Origin: Saprolegnia diclina VS20
Lineage: Eukaryota
Assembly (NCBI RefSeq): GCF_000281045.1
Contig: NW_008246081.1
Location: forward strand, 610,204 to 674,203
Length of the DNA: 64,000 bases
Direction of reading: 5' to 3'
The notes under the pieces were generated by a model. The model was not told where the DNA came from and made no database searches. It worked only from the letters and a program-made list of their open reading frames with translations. Of the stretch, positions 50,720-63,182 are shown piece after piece (the stretch's first letter is position 1; every line of letters begins with the position of its first letter). A program made the translations under genes and the position numbers.

Positions 50720-50850
50720 TGCCTCGGGAGCACCACAGACCGGGCATCCTTGGGCGTCTTCACCCAGGAAGGAGAGCCGAGTGCGGACTGCGACAGCGCC
50801 CAGCACGATGCGGTACATGGAGTCCGCGTAGCGCGGCAGGATGTGGTCAG
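50720..50850 (-). pseudogene. Degenerate LINE ORF2 C-terminal zinc-binding (zf-RVT-like) fragment
   Basis: 'HILPRYADSMYRIVLGAVAVRTRLSFLGEDAQGCPVCGAPE' resembles the CxxC zf-RVT region of non-LTR retrotransposons. The expected downstream H/C ligands and the RT domain are not seen. Confidence 0.5.
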
Positions 50851-52649
50851 GCTGACGGTACTCGGCGGCAGCGGCCACCGCCGCGGGCCGCGTGGAAAGG
50901 AGGCAGGTGGCCGCAAAAAGCCGTTTATATACGATGGCGAAACCTTTTCCGCTGCAGGTAGTCGGACAACTCGTTTCTGCAGCAGTGTACGTCCTGCAAA
51001 TCATGTCCATGCCTTTGCGTGTGGGCGGAGAGCCCGCGCTGGTGAGCGCTCGTCGGGCCGAGTTATTAGCCTAAACTATAGGGTACTCAGTGGTTTTCAC
51101 GCGTCCGCAGCTCTTTTCATCGCCAGCTTTTGCGTGTTTATTATATGTTAGTACTGTACATAAAAGAAACAAAGAGACAATATGCCGCAAGTCCCCACCA
51201 AACTACTCGAGCGCGTCACTGTGCACCGAACGCCTTAGCGTCGAGACCATTGCCCGGGCGCATGGTGCGGGATGGCACAGCCGCGCTCACATCCGCCCAG
51301 GCGTACGCAGTCCAGCGCCGCGTCGATAGCAGACACATGGCCTGGATGGTGTACACTTGAGTGGGTATGAGCTCAGCCGCGCCATCCAGCGTCATGTGGT
51401 CGGGCGATGTCGCGACGACAAGGTGTCCGATGCACGGTGTCGCACTATGGCAGCGCGGTCGGAAGGTGCAGCATATCGTCACTTTGGTGCTGTTGAGGTG
51501 GGTGCGGCCACTCGTGTTGTGCGAGATGTCGGAGAAGCGGAGGGAGATCGGGCTGTTTGGGCTCTTGAGCGAGCTCATCGTTGCGCGCAGTGCCAGCTCG
51601 ACAAACCTTGGGCGTAGTCGACGCCGGGCATTCTCTCTCACGCTAGGAAGGCGATCAACGCACCACCCTGGTCCTACCCAGCTGGTTCCTACCTGGTACG
51701 AACGCCCCACAGCCAGTTGATAAATGACCTTTGTGCGACCGATGTTCTCGCCACCGCGCCTTTCTGTGCGGTGCAGATTTGAAGCTCCGGATCGCGTGGC
51801 GATGGCGTTCTTGCACGTCTGATTGGCTTATGGCGTCTGATGTTGGCCAATCCGAGAGGCGCGTTGGGTATCTTGCGTCAACTTCAACATGTCCCTCCAA
51901 AGCATGCGGAATCTGCGCTCCGAACGAAGCTTCAGAAAGATTCCCGAGGCAACGGGTATGGGTCATTTGCCGAGCCGTGGAGGATGCCATGACACTCTAC
52001 GATGCATTGCCATTGTCGACGTCTATTCGCTGCGCTACCGTCGGAGAGACCCCGTCTTGGGCGTTCAATCAACGGGTGAACGGCTCGAGTTTGCGGCACG
52101 GGTGTGCGTGCGGTACGATGAGATGTTGAACCAGCGCGTTTGACTTGCCACATCGCTGAGCTCCGTTCGGTTTGGAAACGAGAGGTACTGTCGCTAACGA
52201 CACGGTGGGATGGTCCGTGCACCGTCTAGCGTCGTGGGTTGCATAACTTCTGCTCGTCGAACGATCTTGCGTGTCGCGCTCGCGCACAAAATTCAACATC
52301 CTGTGGCTTGTGGCTCTGACAACCACTTTTCATACTCCTAGATACGGTGCATCGTTTGAGACGAACGACGACCAATATAGGACTCGTAAACTCGACCAAT
52401 TTAGCTGTAGATGTACCACCACGCATCGTGATCTAGGGTTGCTGAATACAAGTACATGTATACTAGGTTGTGGTATTCTCAACATTTTAGCATGTGGAAC
52501 AAAATGCAGCTTTTGAAACACCAAGTACAGTACATGACTTATCGATAAACATGTTGCATATGCTGTCGACTGGCATACTACCCGCGCTTGGAGACATCGT
52601 TCGTCAGAGCAACGAAAACCCATAATTTGTTGTTTATGTCTTGTGTGAT

Positions 52650-53982
52650 TCACTCCAAAATATCTTGAATCAAATGCGACGTCTGCGTCGTGTGCTTGAG
52701 AATGTAGTCGCACACCATGAGCGGCGGGTGCTTCGAGAGCGGGCTCTCACCGGGTGGCTGGATCGGGAGCTGCCCGAGCATGCACATGCGGCGACAACAT
52801 TTTCCGTCCGGCAGTCGCTCGACCACAAATCTAGACATATCAACCATCAACTTCACGAAGGTAGCACGAGATCGTCGTACATCGCCGTGTGGTTGCCAAT
52901 GTAGAGCCCGGGCGGCGGCGAATGCAGTGCGTCTTCGAGAAACGTGCGCATCACGATCACGACGCGGTCTTTCTCAACCACCCGCTTCATGCCGCAGAGC
53001 ATAAAGAGGTACGGCGATCCATGGCTGAGGTACCCAATGTCTTGCACATACGCTGCGTCGTCGCCATACCGGTCGAGAATCTAGTTGCACTTGCGTCACC
53101 ACAGGATCGTTCGCTCAATTGTAGACACGTGTACGTGGATGTTGATGAACGGAATGCTGCCGCGGTCACTGGCTTCGCACCACAGCGACCAGTACTTGTC
53201 AGCACTCGCCACATAGTCCATGTTCAGAATGCTCACGCTTTGCACGTCGAGAACGATCGAATCGTCCGTCTCGTTGGTCTCGAGCGCAATGGAATTGTGC
53301 CCGTCAGGTGCGTCGAGAAGGCCTTTCTGGAGCAAGATTGAGTCGACTTGGCTGTACGCGTGGTCCATCATCGCGTGGAACGTCGCTTCACGCGCTCGCG
53401 GGTCCGATGGCATCTTGCGCAGCTTCCAGTCGACAACGTCGATGGTCGGAAAGCTCTATGGCACAAAGTGAGACGCAGGATGGTGAACATCGTGCGACGT
53501 ACGAGCAATCGGGGCCGCTTGACGAGGAGCTGGTCGAGGGCCGTCGCGAGCTTGAGCTGGTCCTCGAGCGCACGCTTGAGGCGCTTGTTTTCCATGGTGG
53601 CTTCGCACGCGAATGTGCGCTGGCTCTGGGCCGCCTTTTTCCACGTCGAACTCGTCGCGAGCTCGACCGACTTGACCTGGCGGAGGATCTGTAGCTGCGA
53701 CGTGAGCGTCTCAACTTGCTCGCGAAGGTAGTCGCGTTCGTCCTTTTGCCGCTTGCGGTACCGGTTCTGCCGTGTCTCGGTCGCCGTGTCGTCATCGGTC
53801 ACGAGCAGCCGCCCGAGCGACGGCAAGTCCGAGAGGATATCGTCGGCATTCTCGATGCGCGGCGGCAGACTCGCCGCTGCTGGCGGCGGCAATAGCGACA
53901 AGGAAGGGCTCACCTCGGCGACCGTCGGCGGGAAGGCGTCGTCGGGGAGGCAGGTCAGTTCGCCCAGCGCGTCGGCTTCCAT
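52650..53982 (-). CDS. bZIP-like + START-like protein (oomycete M96-like family), tandem copy 1
   Basis: 'RQNRYRKRQKDERDYLREQVETLTSQL...WKKAAQSQR...ENKRLKRALEDQLKLA...KRP', followed by the conserved C-terminal domain ending 'GQLPIQPPGESPL...CDYIL'. Confidence 0.75.
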
Positions 53983-55198
53983 CGTCGGCCCGCTTGAAAA
54001 ATAGCCCGTGAATAGGCGGCGCGTGATTGGCTCAATTGTAGGCAATTGTGATTGGTCCATTTTCGCGGGGTTTTTAGCCGGTCGAAAGCTCGGAGAACGC
54101 TCGAGCGTCGTCCGGAGTATCAATGTCCCATGCCCGTAAGGAATCGGAGCCTCTGCAGCGGATAGTTAGTTAGTACAGTGGATAGTCAGTTAGTTGTGTA
54201 TTCAGCACATCTGCCGTGTAGGCAGTAGACTGTAGTGAGCGCGTGTAGAGACACTATAGAACTGGTAGTCACCGGCGTCAACCGCGTCCTCGAACGAGCA
54301 CCCGGGACGCCCGACGAAGATTCGATCGCCGTGTAGATCCCACAGAAGGCCTTGCAGAGAAACGTGAACGCGCCGTTGGCGGCAACAAGCCGTTCGCGGT
54401 TCCACAACTAACAGCGTAAGCTAGTAGCGGCACTCGAGCCAGCAGGCGACCTCAAGTTGAGGCGTAAAGTTACTCGTTGCGCGCTACTAGCTTCACAGCC
54501 TCGCGCTACAGTACCTGACTCCACGCGTGTGCCACTACACCTCGGAGGTCGGCAGCTGGTCGTGGCGTTGGACATGGCTGCATGTCCTCTGGTGCAGACA
54601 TCTGCAGCCAGGCCTCTTGATGCGGTCCTCTTCGGGTGCAGAGACGGCTGCTGTCAATCGTGGCAAGATACCATAGACACATTTCGCCGACAACCGTGCA
54701 CTCTACATGTGGTTCTCACCCACGACGCGTGCGAAACCACCAGACACTGCGTGCACTGTCTAGCCCAGGTGGACCACCAAGTACTGGGTCTACGGTTGCG
54801 CGAGGTGCATCACAACTCAGTAGATGTGTCTAGCGTCATCTCAGAAAAGAGTGAGTGCCTACGCGCTAAATCTTGAACGAACCCGGACCGCAGCTGTAAC
54901 ACTAGTCCCAAGGGTATGCGACAGAAGCGAGTGTATTAGTTGCATCGAGTGCCACGGCGCAAAGGCACCCGAAGACAGAAAGTGATGGGTCCAGACACAT
55001 GTGTAGGGCGAACGTTCAGGCAAACCTGCTGGTCAAGAAACCTTCCGACTCACCTGTGATTACCACGGGCTCAACGTTTGTGCGTGCGGTGCAGATGCGG
55101 AACTTCGCTTCAGATGAAGCAACAAGACGTGAGGCAGTGCATTGAAAGCTTACGTTAATTGAATCGTAGAGTACATGGGTATAAAGAGCTCGTCGTAC

Positions 55199-56556
55199 TT
55201 AGCTCATAAAGCTCTCGAGCGCTTTCGAGACCTCGCGCGTGTGGTGGAGGACGTAGTCGCACACCATCATGGACGGTTGGTCCGCAAACGGGGCGATCTC
55301 AACGCTCTGGATGGGCAAGTAGCCGAGGAGGCAGCTGCGCCGGCGGCACGTCCCATCGTCGAGCCGCTCCAAGACGAATCTAGTCGTGAATGCATGAGCT
55401 CAATATCGGCAAGACGGAAAGGCGTACAGCGCGGTGTGGTCCCCAATAAACATATCCTGGGGGGGCGGGTACGCCTCGTCATCGAGGAACGTTTTCATGA
55501 CAATGACGACGCGGTCCTTCTCGCAGTAGCGCTTCATGCCGCTGAGCATGACCAAATACGGCTTGTCGTGGCCGCAGGATCCGACGTCCTGAAAATACGT
55601 GGCGTCAGGCCCAAAGCGATCGAGGATCTACTCGAGACACGACACGAAATGTGTGAGAAGAACTCGAGTTATGAGAATAAATGGAGTTAAGATACCTTGA
55701 TGTCGATCTGGACGTTGTCCAGCGGTGCGCGCGTCTCGGGTTCACACCAGATTGCCCAGCATTTCTGAGCACTCGCAATGTAGTCGGAGGCCATAATGCG
55801 CACGCCCATGCAGTCGATGCCAATGGTCTCATTCGACGTCGTCGTGTCCAGTGTGATCGACTGGTGGCCGTCTGGCGCCGTCGCCAGGCCCTTTGTCCGC
55901 ATAATCAACTCGACTTGCGCGTACGTGTCGTCCATCAGCGTGTGAAAGGCGGCTTCGCGCATCGTTGGGTCGATCGGCATCGTTCGCAATCGGCGCCGGG
56001 TCGAGTCCATGGTCGGGAACCTCTAGTCGACGTGCCGTGAGTCCCTACACGGATTTTCGATCGCTTCGTGTACCATGAGGCGTGGCCGCTTTGAAAGAAT
56101 CTGCTGCAGCGAGCCCGCGAGTCGCAGTTGGTCCTCCAGTGCCCGCTTGAGCCGCGCATTCTCCTGCGCTGCTTGGTGCGCGTATGCTTTCTGAGACCGC
56201 GCGACGGTCTCCCACTCGGACGACTCGTTTTCCGTGGTTTTGGCGTTGCGCAGTGCTTCGAGCTGTGTCGTGAGCGACTCGACTTGGTCGCGCAGGAACT
56301 TGCGCTCGTCCTTTTGTCGCTGGCGGTACCGGTGCTGGCGACTGTACGGCCCGACGCTCGCGTCCGTTTTGGTCGTCGTTTCGTCGGACGACGACGACGC
56401 CTCGGACGACACAAGCATCTTGTTGATGCTCGGCAAGTCGAGGAGAAAGTCGTCCATGTTTTCAATTGCGGGGGGCAAGGCGGGGGGCGCCTTCGTCGAC
56501 GATGACCGCGTGCGCATGGCGGTGCAATAGGCCGCAGGTTCGACACTGGGCTCCAT
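55199..56556 (-). CDS. bZIP-like + START-like protein, tandem copy 2
   Basis: 'SRQHRYRQRQKDERKFLRDQVESL...ENARLKRALEDQL'. Similar exon layout to copy 1. Ends 'CDYVLHHTREVSKALESFMS*'. Confidence 0.75.
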
Positions 56557-57071
56557 CTCACTCGCGTTTTGGCGCTGTTTACTCTGAAACGAGAAAGTGC
56601 AAACTCGGCTAATTGGCTAAAATTACGTCGGATCTCTTGCCGCGTCATAGCCCACCGCTCGTCGACGTGGCCGTGGTAAACTTGGGTGCTGACCAGACGG
56701 TTGGACCGGACGTCTGCGTCCGAGCGGCTGGTGCTCGTACCACTAGAAGCTCTACTTGACCATCTGCGTCCTCCTCGTCTCGAAGCGACGGCGCGATAGC
56801 GGCGGAGTGTCTCTACGACGCGGCATCGACCTTGTGTCGTTCTTATCAGCCCAACAGTCGCGACAGATAGTAGAAGACGCGCCACAGCGAATGCCAAAGG
56901 CATAACGTCACAGCTGCTGCGTGCGTTGTGCCATCACGTGTCACAGACGGCGGCTTTCATCAGCATGATGCGATCTTTAGCGTCTTGCCTGCACGTCCAC
57001 GGCATCGGCTACTACAGCATATTCCAGAGATCGCCTGGTGGTCCACAGTAGAAAGTTCACATTTGCTTGAC

Positions 57072-58442
57072 TTATTCGCCGAGAATATCCTCAATAAGGT
57101 GGGATGTTTGCGTTGTATGACTCAATACATAATCGCAAACCATCATGGGCGGCTCGTCAGCCAACGGGCCGCTGCCAGGTGCTTGGATCGGCAGCTGCCC
57201 AAGCATGCACATTGTGCGACGACACTTGCCATTCTCGAGGCGCTCCAAGAGGCAGCTAGCACAAATGTAGATGAGACGCAACAGTCGTCAGCAGGACTAC
57301 GTACAAGGAGGTGTGGTTGCCGATGAAAAGGCCCGGTGGCGGCGGGTGCAGAGCGTCTTCAAGCACCGTGCGCATGACAATGACCGCGCGGTCCTTCTCG
57401 ACGTAGCGCTTTACGGCGCTGAGCATAAAGAGATAGGGCTTCTCGTCCCCAAACGACCCAATGTTTTGGAGGTACGCTGCGTTCGGGCCAAAGCGATCGA
57501 GGACCTACCGAGTGTCGTCAGAGACACATGGACCACCACGTAAGTGTACCTTGATGTTGACGGTGGGGATTTTGGCCGTCGTGGTAACTTCAGGCTCGCA
57601 CCACAGACTCCAGCACTTGTTGGCATTCTCGAGAAAGTCGACGTCCAAAACGCGGACACTCTGTACATCGATGACGATGCAGTCGTCACGGTCCGACGTT
57701 GTGATATTGATGGCGTGGTGCCCGTCCGTTGCGTCGCGAAGACCTTTCTGCAATAGGATCGACTCGACCTGGCTGTGCGCGTAGTCGATCATCGCGTGGA
57801 ACGAGGCTTCGCGGGCGCTCGGGTCGGCTGGCATTTTGCGGAATTTCCAGTCGACCACGTCCAGCGTCGGAAACTTCTAGTGCAATGGCCATCAGATGAC
57901 TTGTCATTGCGGAAAGAAGGGTGTACGAGCAGGCGCGGGCGCTTCACGAGGAGCTGGTCGAGCGTGTTGGCGAGCTTGAGCTGGTCCTCGAGCGCGCGCT
58001 TGAGCCGCGTGTTTTCCAATGTCGCTTGGTGGGCGTGGACTCGCTGCGTGCGCGCAATCTTTTGCCACTCGGAACTCGACGCGAGCTCGACCGTCTTGAC
58101 GTCGCGTAGTTGCCGGAGCTGCGTGGTGAGCGATTGCACTTGGTCGCGCAGGAATTGGCGCTCGTCCTTCTGCCGCTTCCGGTACCGGTGCTGGCGACTG
58201 TACGGGTCTTCGTTGGCGGTGACGACGGTTGCCGCCTTGGTTGTCGGCGTCTCCTTGTCGCTCTCGGTCGACGACGTCTCAGAGAGCAGCAGCTTGTTGA
58301 TCGAGGGCAGGTCGAGGAGGAAGTCATCCGTGCTCTCGATCGCGGTCGGCAGTGGCGATGGCGTGGACGCTGTCGAGGTCGGGGCCATGGGCGGTGGCGT
58401 CGGCGGGAACGTCCGCAGCAGGAGCTCGTTGTTGCTGGCCAT
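57072..58442 (-). CDS. bZIP-like + START-like protein, tandem copy 3
   Basis: 'SRQHRYRKRQKDERQFLRDQVQSL...ENTRLKRALEDQL', 'VDWKFRKMPADPSARE', 'GQLPIQAPGSGPL'. Confidence 0.78.
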
Positions 58443-58460
58443 CGTGGTACCTTTTGTGGC

Positions 58461-58488
58461 AATGTGGAAATGAAACGCTCTGATTGGC
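58461..58488 (-). promoter_or_regulatory. CCAAT box plus Inr/FPR-like element upstream of copy 3
   Basis: The minus strand reads GGCCAATCAG...TTTCATTTCCACATT just before the ATG at 58442. CCAAT motifs also precede copies 1 and 2. Confidence 0.45.
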
Positions 58489-60034
58489 CCGCCTCAGTGT
58501 GGTCTTCGCAACCCTTCGGGTGGGGTGCCTCGAAGTCCTGCTGTTTTGACGCGGCCGTGTCGACCTTCGAGCCGCACCTTTGGACACCCAGCGATCTGCC
58601 ATCGTTGTGGCTGCTGGGGTTTGGTGCACACACGTCGTTGGTGAGCCCCGAGTGGCGCCGATGCAGTGGCTGGACACGATTACCTGCCAGCGACGCAGTC
58701 TAAACAAGATTACTGTCCAATCGCGGCCCGTCGGCACGACGATCGACGCTTTGGCACGCCGGCGGTTCCTGCTGCAGCCGGTACGGTTGTTAGCGACGGC
58801 TGTTGGCCATGAGTTGATACGGCACAAGGTGCGTCGATGGCTGCCACTCTCGAGTGCGACGTGCACGAGTTGATGGGGCGCTGCGTAGCGTTATCGCATG
58901 TACCCGACGAAGTTATCATTAAAAGACAGGTCCTCAGCGTGACGCCAAGACTGGCTGTGACGTGGGCATTGGCCAAGAACGTTCGTGGACGAAAGTTGTT
59001 CGAATCTCACAGAGTGCATCGACGGGGCGATATCCAAGGTTATCCATGGATACGACCCGACTTTAGGGAATCGCTGCCGAAACATAGGTTTTACGCTATA
59101 CACAGAGACGAGAGCCTTGCAAACCCGTCTTGTGCAGCAGCTACAATGCAGTAGGCGCTACGCGAATCACAGGCCCACCAAATTTTTGCCAATAACGGTA
59201 GCCTTGCTTGTTGAAGTCATTGCCGACAATCCTCGACACACCAGTGTGCCACGTCATACCGGCAGCCGTATCAGCCAATCAGCGACGATTGCCCCAGATT
59301 GATCGAGTTCGTGCTTTTGCCACATAGCGCCGATGGGAGGATGCTTTGATTCATGCTGCGTCGATGCTCTTTGGGACACAGCAAAGAGCAGAGCTTGCGC
59401 GCACTCGTGGCACAAGCAGCTTTTGTTGCAAGTACACGGTGGAGCACCTAACCCTCCCCGTGGAAATGCCGTCTTTGGACACCCTGCGCCCGTGCCTCTC
59501 GCTGCACAAAGGCGCGCACTGGCTATGCTTGCGCACGAGGTGGTATATCAGAGCTTCGCACCGATCGCGGCGTCCTGGAATGTTCTTTTTGCGTTTGTGC
59601 ATCGACGCTCGACATACCTAACCCTTATCCCCTTCACCTTGTCACTGCCGACTTTCTAGCATCACAAGGCGACAGGCCCAGTCCGCGCGGGCACGGAATC
59701 GACAAAGGCGCGCTCTTTCGTTTGTCCAACTGCGGTAACGATGAGTCACGCGCCGTCTGGGACCGTAGCGCAATCGTAACCTCGTAGCGCAATCGAGCGA
59801 CGAGATTTTCGAAACAACAGCTGTTGCGCGCGTGCATATAGCACCGCGTCCAGGCTCTACCTAGTCTCCTTTATTAACTGTCTACTTTGTGCATCTGCGC
59901 TTGTTAGCTGTTGTTCATGAACACATCGTTTTGCACCTCACTCGTCAAGCAACCGCAGACGAGTTCGTAGGATACACGCCGTTGCCAACCACTCTCACTT
60001 TACACGCGACGTCACGCTAAAAGCTGGTAGGAAG

Positions 60035-61275
60035 CTAGTCGCCAAACAATTTCTCGAGCGTCTCAAACGTGCGCTTGACCTCGCGCAAAATGAAATCGCA
60101 GATCAAATGCTGCGGGTTGGACGCCAACGGCCCGTTCGCCGGCGCTTGAATTGGGAGTTCGCCCGACATGGACACGCGGCGCACGGCCATGTTGTCGCCC
60201 GCGCGCTCAATCACCAGCCTAGTACAGGATTGACTAAACCGCAATTCTATCAAGGTATCAATGCGTACACGATCATGTCGTTGCCAATGTAGAGACCGTC
60301 GACGGGCGGGTACTTTTCGTCGTCGAGGACCGTGCGAAACACAAAGATGACGCGGTCCTCCTCGACGTAGCGCTTGAGCGCACCGAGACGCCGGAGGTAC
60401 GGCATGGCGTCGCCGAGCGACTCGGTCTGCTCAATGTACACGCCGTCGTCGCCAAACGTCTCGAGCACCTACACACTCTGAGCTCGCGCGAGAGCCAAGG
60501 CGATGGGACCTTGACGCGGATCGTGCCTTCGAGAATGTGGTTGGACGCGTCATTCCAAAGCGACCAAAAGCGCAGCGCGGCGCTGAGAAAGTGACACGGC
60601 ACCGTCTTGACGCCACGGACGTCGACGGTCATGACGTCATCGGACGTCGAGACTTCGACGGACCGGAGACCGTCCGGCGCGTCCAAAATGCCTGTCCGAA
60701 GCAGAATGGTGTCGACGCGCTCGTACGCGTCGTTCATAAAGGCGTGGTAGGCGACTGTGCGCGCTGTGGGGTCGCGCGGCAGCCGCCGCAGCTTCCAGTC
60801 GACCATGTCCATGGTCGGAAAAGCCTACGTAAATGTGTCTAAAGCGAGTGCTTCGAGAGGAAGATGCACGTACAACGAGCTTGGGGCGCTTGACGAGCAG
60901 CTGGTTGAGGATCTCGGCGGCTTTGAGCTGCTCTTCGATCGCGCGCTTCAAGCGGGTGTTCTCGGACGTGGCTTGCTGCCGCCCGAGCTTCTGCATGCGC
61001 GCCTTCTTCTCCCAGTACGAGCTGTGGCGCACTTCAAGGCCGCGGATGTTCTGAAGGACCGCGAGGTGCGAGCTGAGCTGCGCGACTTGGCTCTGTAGAA
61101 AGTCGAGCTCGCGCTTCTGCCGCTTCCGGAACCGCTGCTGCGCCGTCGCGTTGGCATCGTCGTCGGCGTCGTCGCACTCATCGGTGGCGCTGAGATTGGC
61201 GACGCACGGAGGCGACGCGTCGAGGAAGTCGAGAAAGTCCGGCGACGCCATGCCCCACGCTTCGTCGCGCTCCAT
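60035..61275 (-). CDS. bZIP-like + START-like protein, tandem copy 4
   Basis: 'NATAQQRFRKRQKRELDFLQSQVAQL...ENTRLKRAIEEQL', 'VDWKLRRLPRDP', 'KRYVEEDRVIFVFRTVLDDEKYP'. Confidence 0.78.
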
Positions 61276-61703
61276 CGGTGGCAAATCTCGTCCGAAATTA
61301 GAACCCGGGCCGCCCCCTCCCAAAAACCGCCCAAAAAATGACGCGGCGTCACCACACCTCTGCCACCACAAGCCCACCATCAGCAGCTTGATCCACGGAC
61401 CCTTGTGTCTTGCGTGGGCTTTGGTGGCACCAGCCGACTCGTCGATGTGGCCAACTCGCTTGCAAGGCTACCGAAGCTACGATGGTGGCGTGAGAAAAGC
61501 CGCTCTCGTCGCTGTCCCATGCCCCAAGCAAGATCGTCCGTCGCCACCGTCGTTCGCGTCGTTTTGGTCCTCTCACTCGGACTGTTGCTGTTAATTCTGC
61601 GTCTATATCTAGTTGGATGGTCTCTGAATTCTAGTCGGTACAAGTCTAGTTCTTATTTATATACGTTAGGTGGTGTCTTGGTGTCTTTGGCGGTCGATGA
61701 CAA

Positions 61704-62936
61704 TCACAGTGGAGCGTCGCCAAGAATGTGATCAAAGAGTACGCACACGCGCTTGGCTTCGTCCAAGAGGCGGTCACAGATCGCGGGCTTGGAGAGACCA
61801 GCGAGCGGGTTTCCGGGCGGCGCAACCAACGGAAGCTCGCCAGCGAGGCAGAACCGACGGCGACACGTCGTGTCGGTCACACGCTCGGCGACAAACCTAA
61901 CCCGTCAAGAGGTAATAGAACAAATGTGCAGTCTACATCGCATACACAAAGGTGTCGTTGGCCGTGTAGAGGTCGTTTGGCACGGGGTACGCAGCGTCCT
62001 CGAGCACCGACTGCATGACAAAGACGACGCGGTCGGGCTCCTCAAACCGCTTGATGCACGCGAGTCGCTGCGCGTACGGCGCGAGTCCGTCGATCGCATC
62101 GATAAACTGCACGTACACCGTGTCGATGCCAAAGGTGGCGAGGTTCTAGCAAGGATGTATCCTGCTGGTACGTATACGTTATGTTGGCGTGTACCTTGAT
62201 GTTGATCACGTTGCCTTCGGGCTGGTACCAGAGCGACCAAAAGCGGTCGCCGGCTTCGCGGAATCCCATGCTCGAGTCTTTGACCCACTGCATTTCGATC
62301 GAGATGGTGTCCTGGTGCTTGGCGCTGTCGATGCAAATGCTGTTGTGGCCGTGGCTGCCGTCGTATAGCCCGCGCCGTAGCAGGAACGTGTCGGCGTGGT
62401 CGTACACGTCGTCGGTCATGGCGTGGAAGCATGCATGTCGAGCATTCGCGTCCTGCGGCAGGAAGCGCCGGTTCGTGTTGAGGAGCTCGACGTTGGCTGC
62501 GCCCTGCGACCACGATGAGCACGCCAACGGTAGAATTGCATACTACCGTGAGCTTGAGCGGCTTGTGCAGAAGCTGCTGAATCGCCTCGAGCGCCTTTTG
62601 CTGCGTGTCGATGGCTTCCTTGAGCTTGGCGTTCTCTTGCGCCGCCTTGCGCACGCTGAGCCGCTGCTGCCGCGCCTTCTTCTCCCAGAACGAGCTTTGG
62701 CTAGTTTCCATGCGGCGAATGTTCTGGAGGATCGTCAAGTGGGCGCTGAGCTCCGCCGCTTCGTCGTGGAGGCGCTGCACCTCGGCCTGTTGCCGCTTCC
62801 GGTACCGCTTCTGCGCCGAGATGGGCGGGTCCTCGGTCGCGCAGCACGCAGCACCCAGTGCAGGAAGAAAGCCAAGGATCTCGTCCGCGTCAAGCGCCCA
62901 CGTCGTCGCATCGTATGCCACCATCGACTCGATCAT
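61704..62936 (-). CDS. bZIP-like + START-like protein, tandem copy 5
   Basis: 'SAQKRYRKRQQAEVQRLHDEAAELSAHL...ENAKLKEAIDTQ', 'KRFEEPDRVVFVMQSVLEDAAYP'. Ends 'ICDRLLDEAKRVCVLFDHILGDAPL*'. Confidence 0.75.
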
Positions 62937-63182
62937 GCTGGACCTTCGCTTGCCTTCGACGCAACTTGAAAATGAGACTCTGCCATCGAGACGACGTTCC
63001 CAGCACTGTCTCACATGACAGCTGGAAACACCCAAAGGCGATCGGCAAGCCAGGTTCCCAACCGGCGGCCTTGCGCACGGGCGTCGCAGCCAAAAGAAGC
63101 CAGCGAGAAAGGACGCAAAATGCTCGATAAGTTATTGGTGTAGGGCTAGGGAAGTGTGACGTTGGCTACGCATCGGACGCCA

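Noticed and set aside
54130..55190. Short ORFs between array copies 1 and 2 (and 58500-60030 between copies 3 and 4)
   Set aside because: No recognisable motifs or consistent codon bias. Pseudogene debris cannot be distinguished from intergenic DNA without a search.
58960..59015. GTTCGAATC tRNA T-loop-like string
   Set aside because: The flanking bases do not form a T-stem or cloverleaf.
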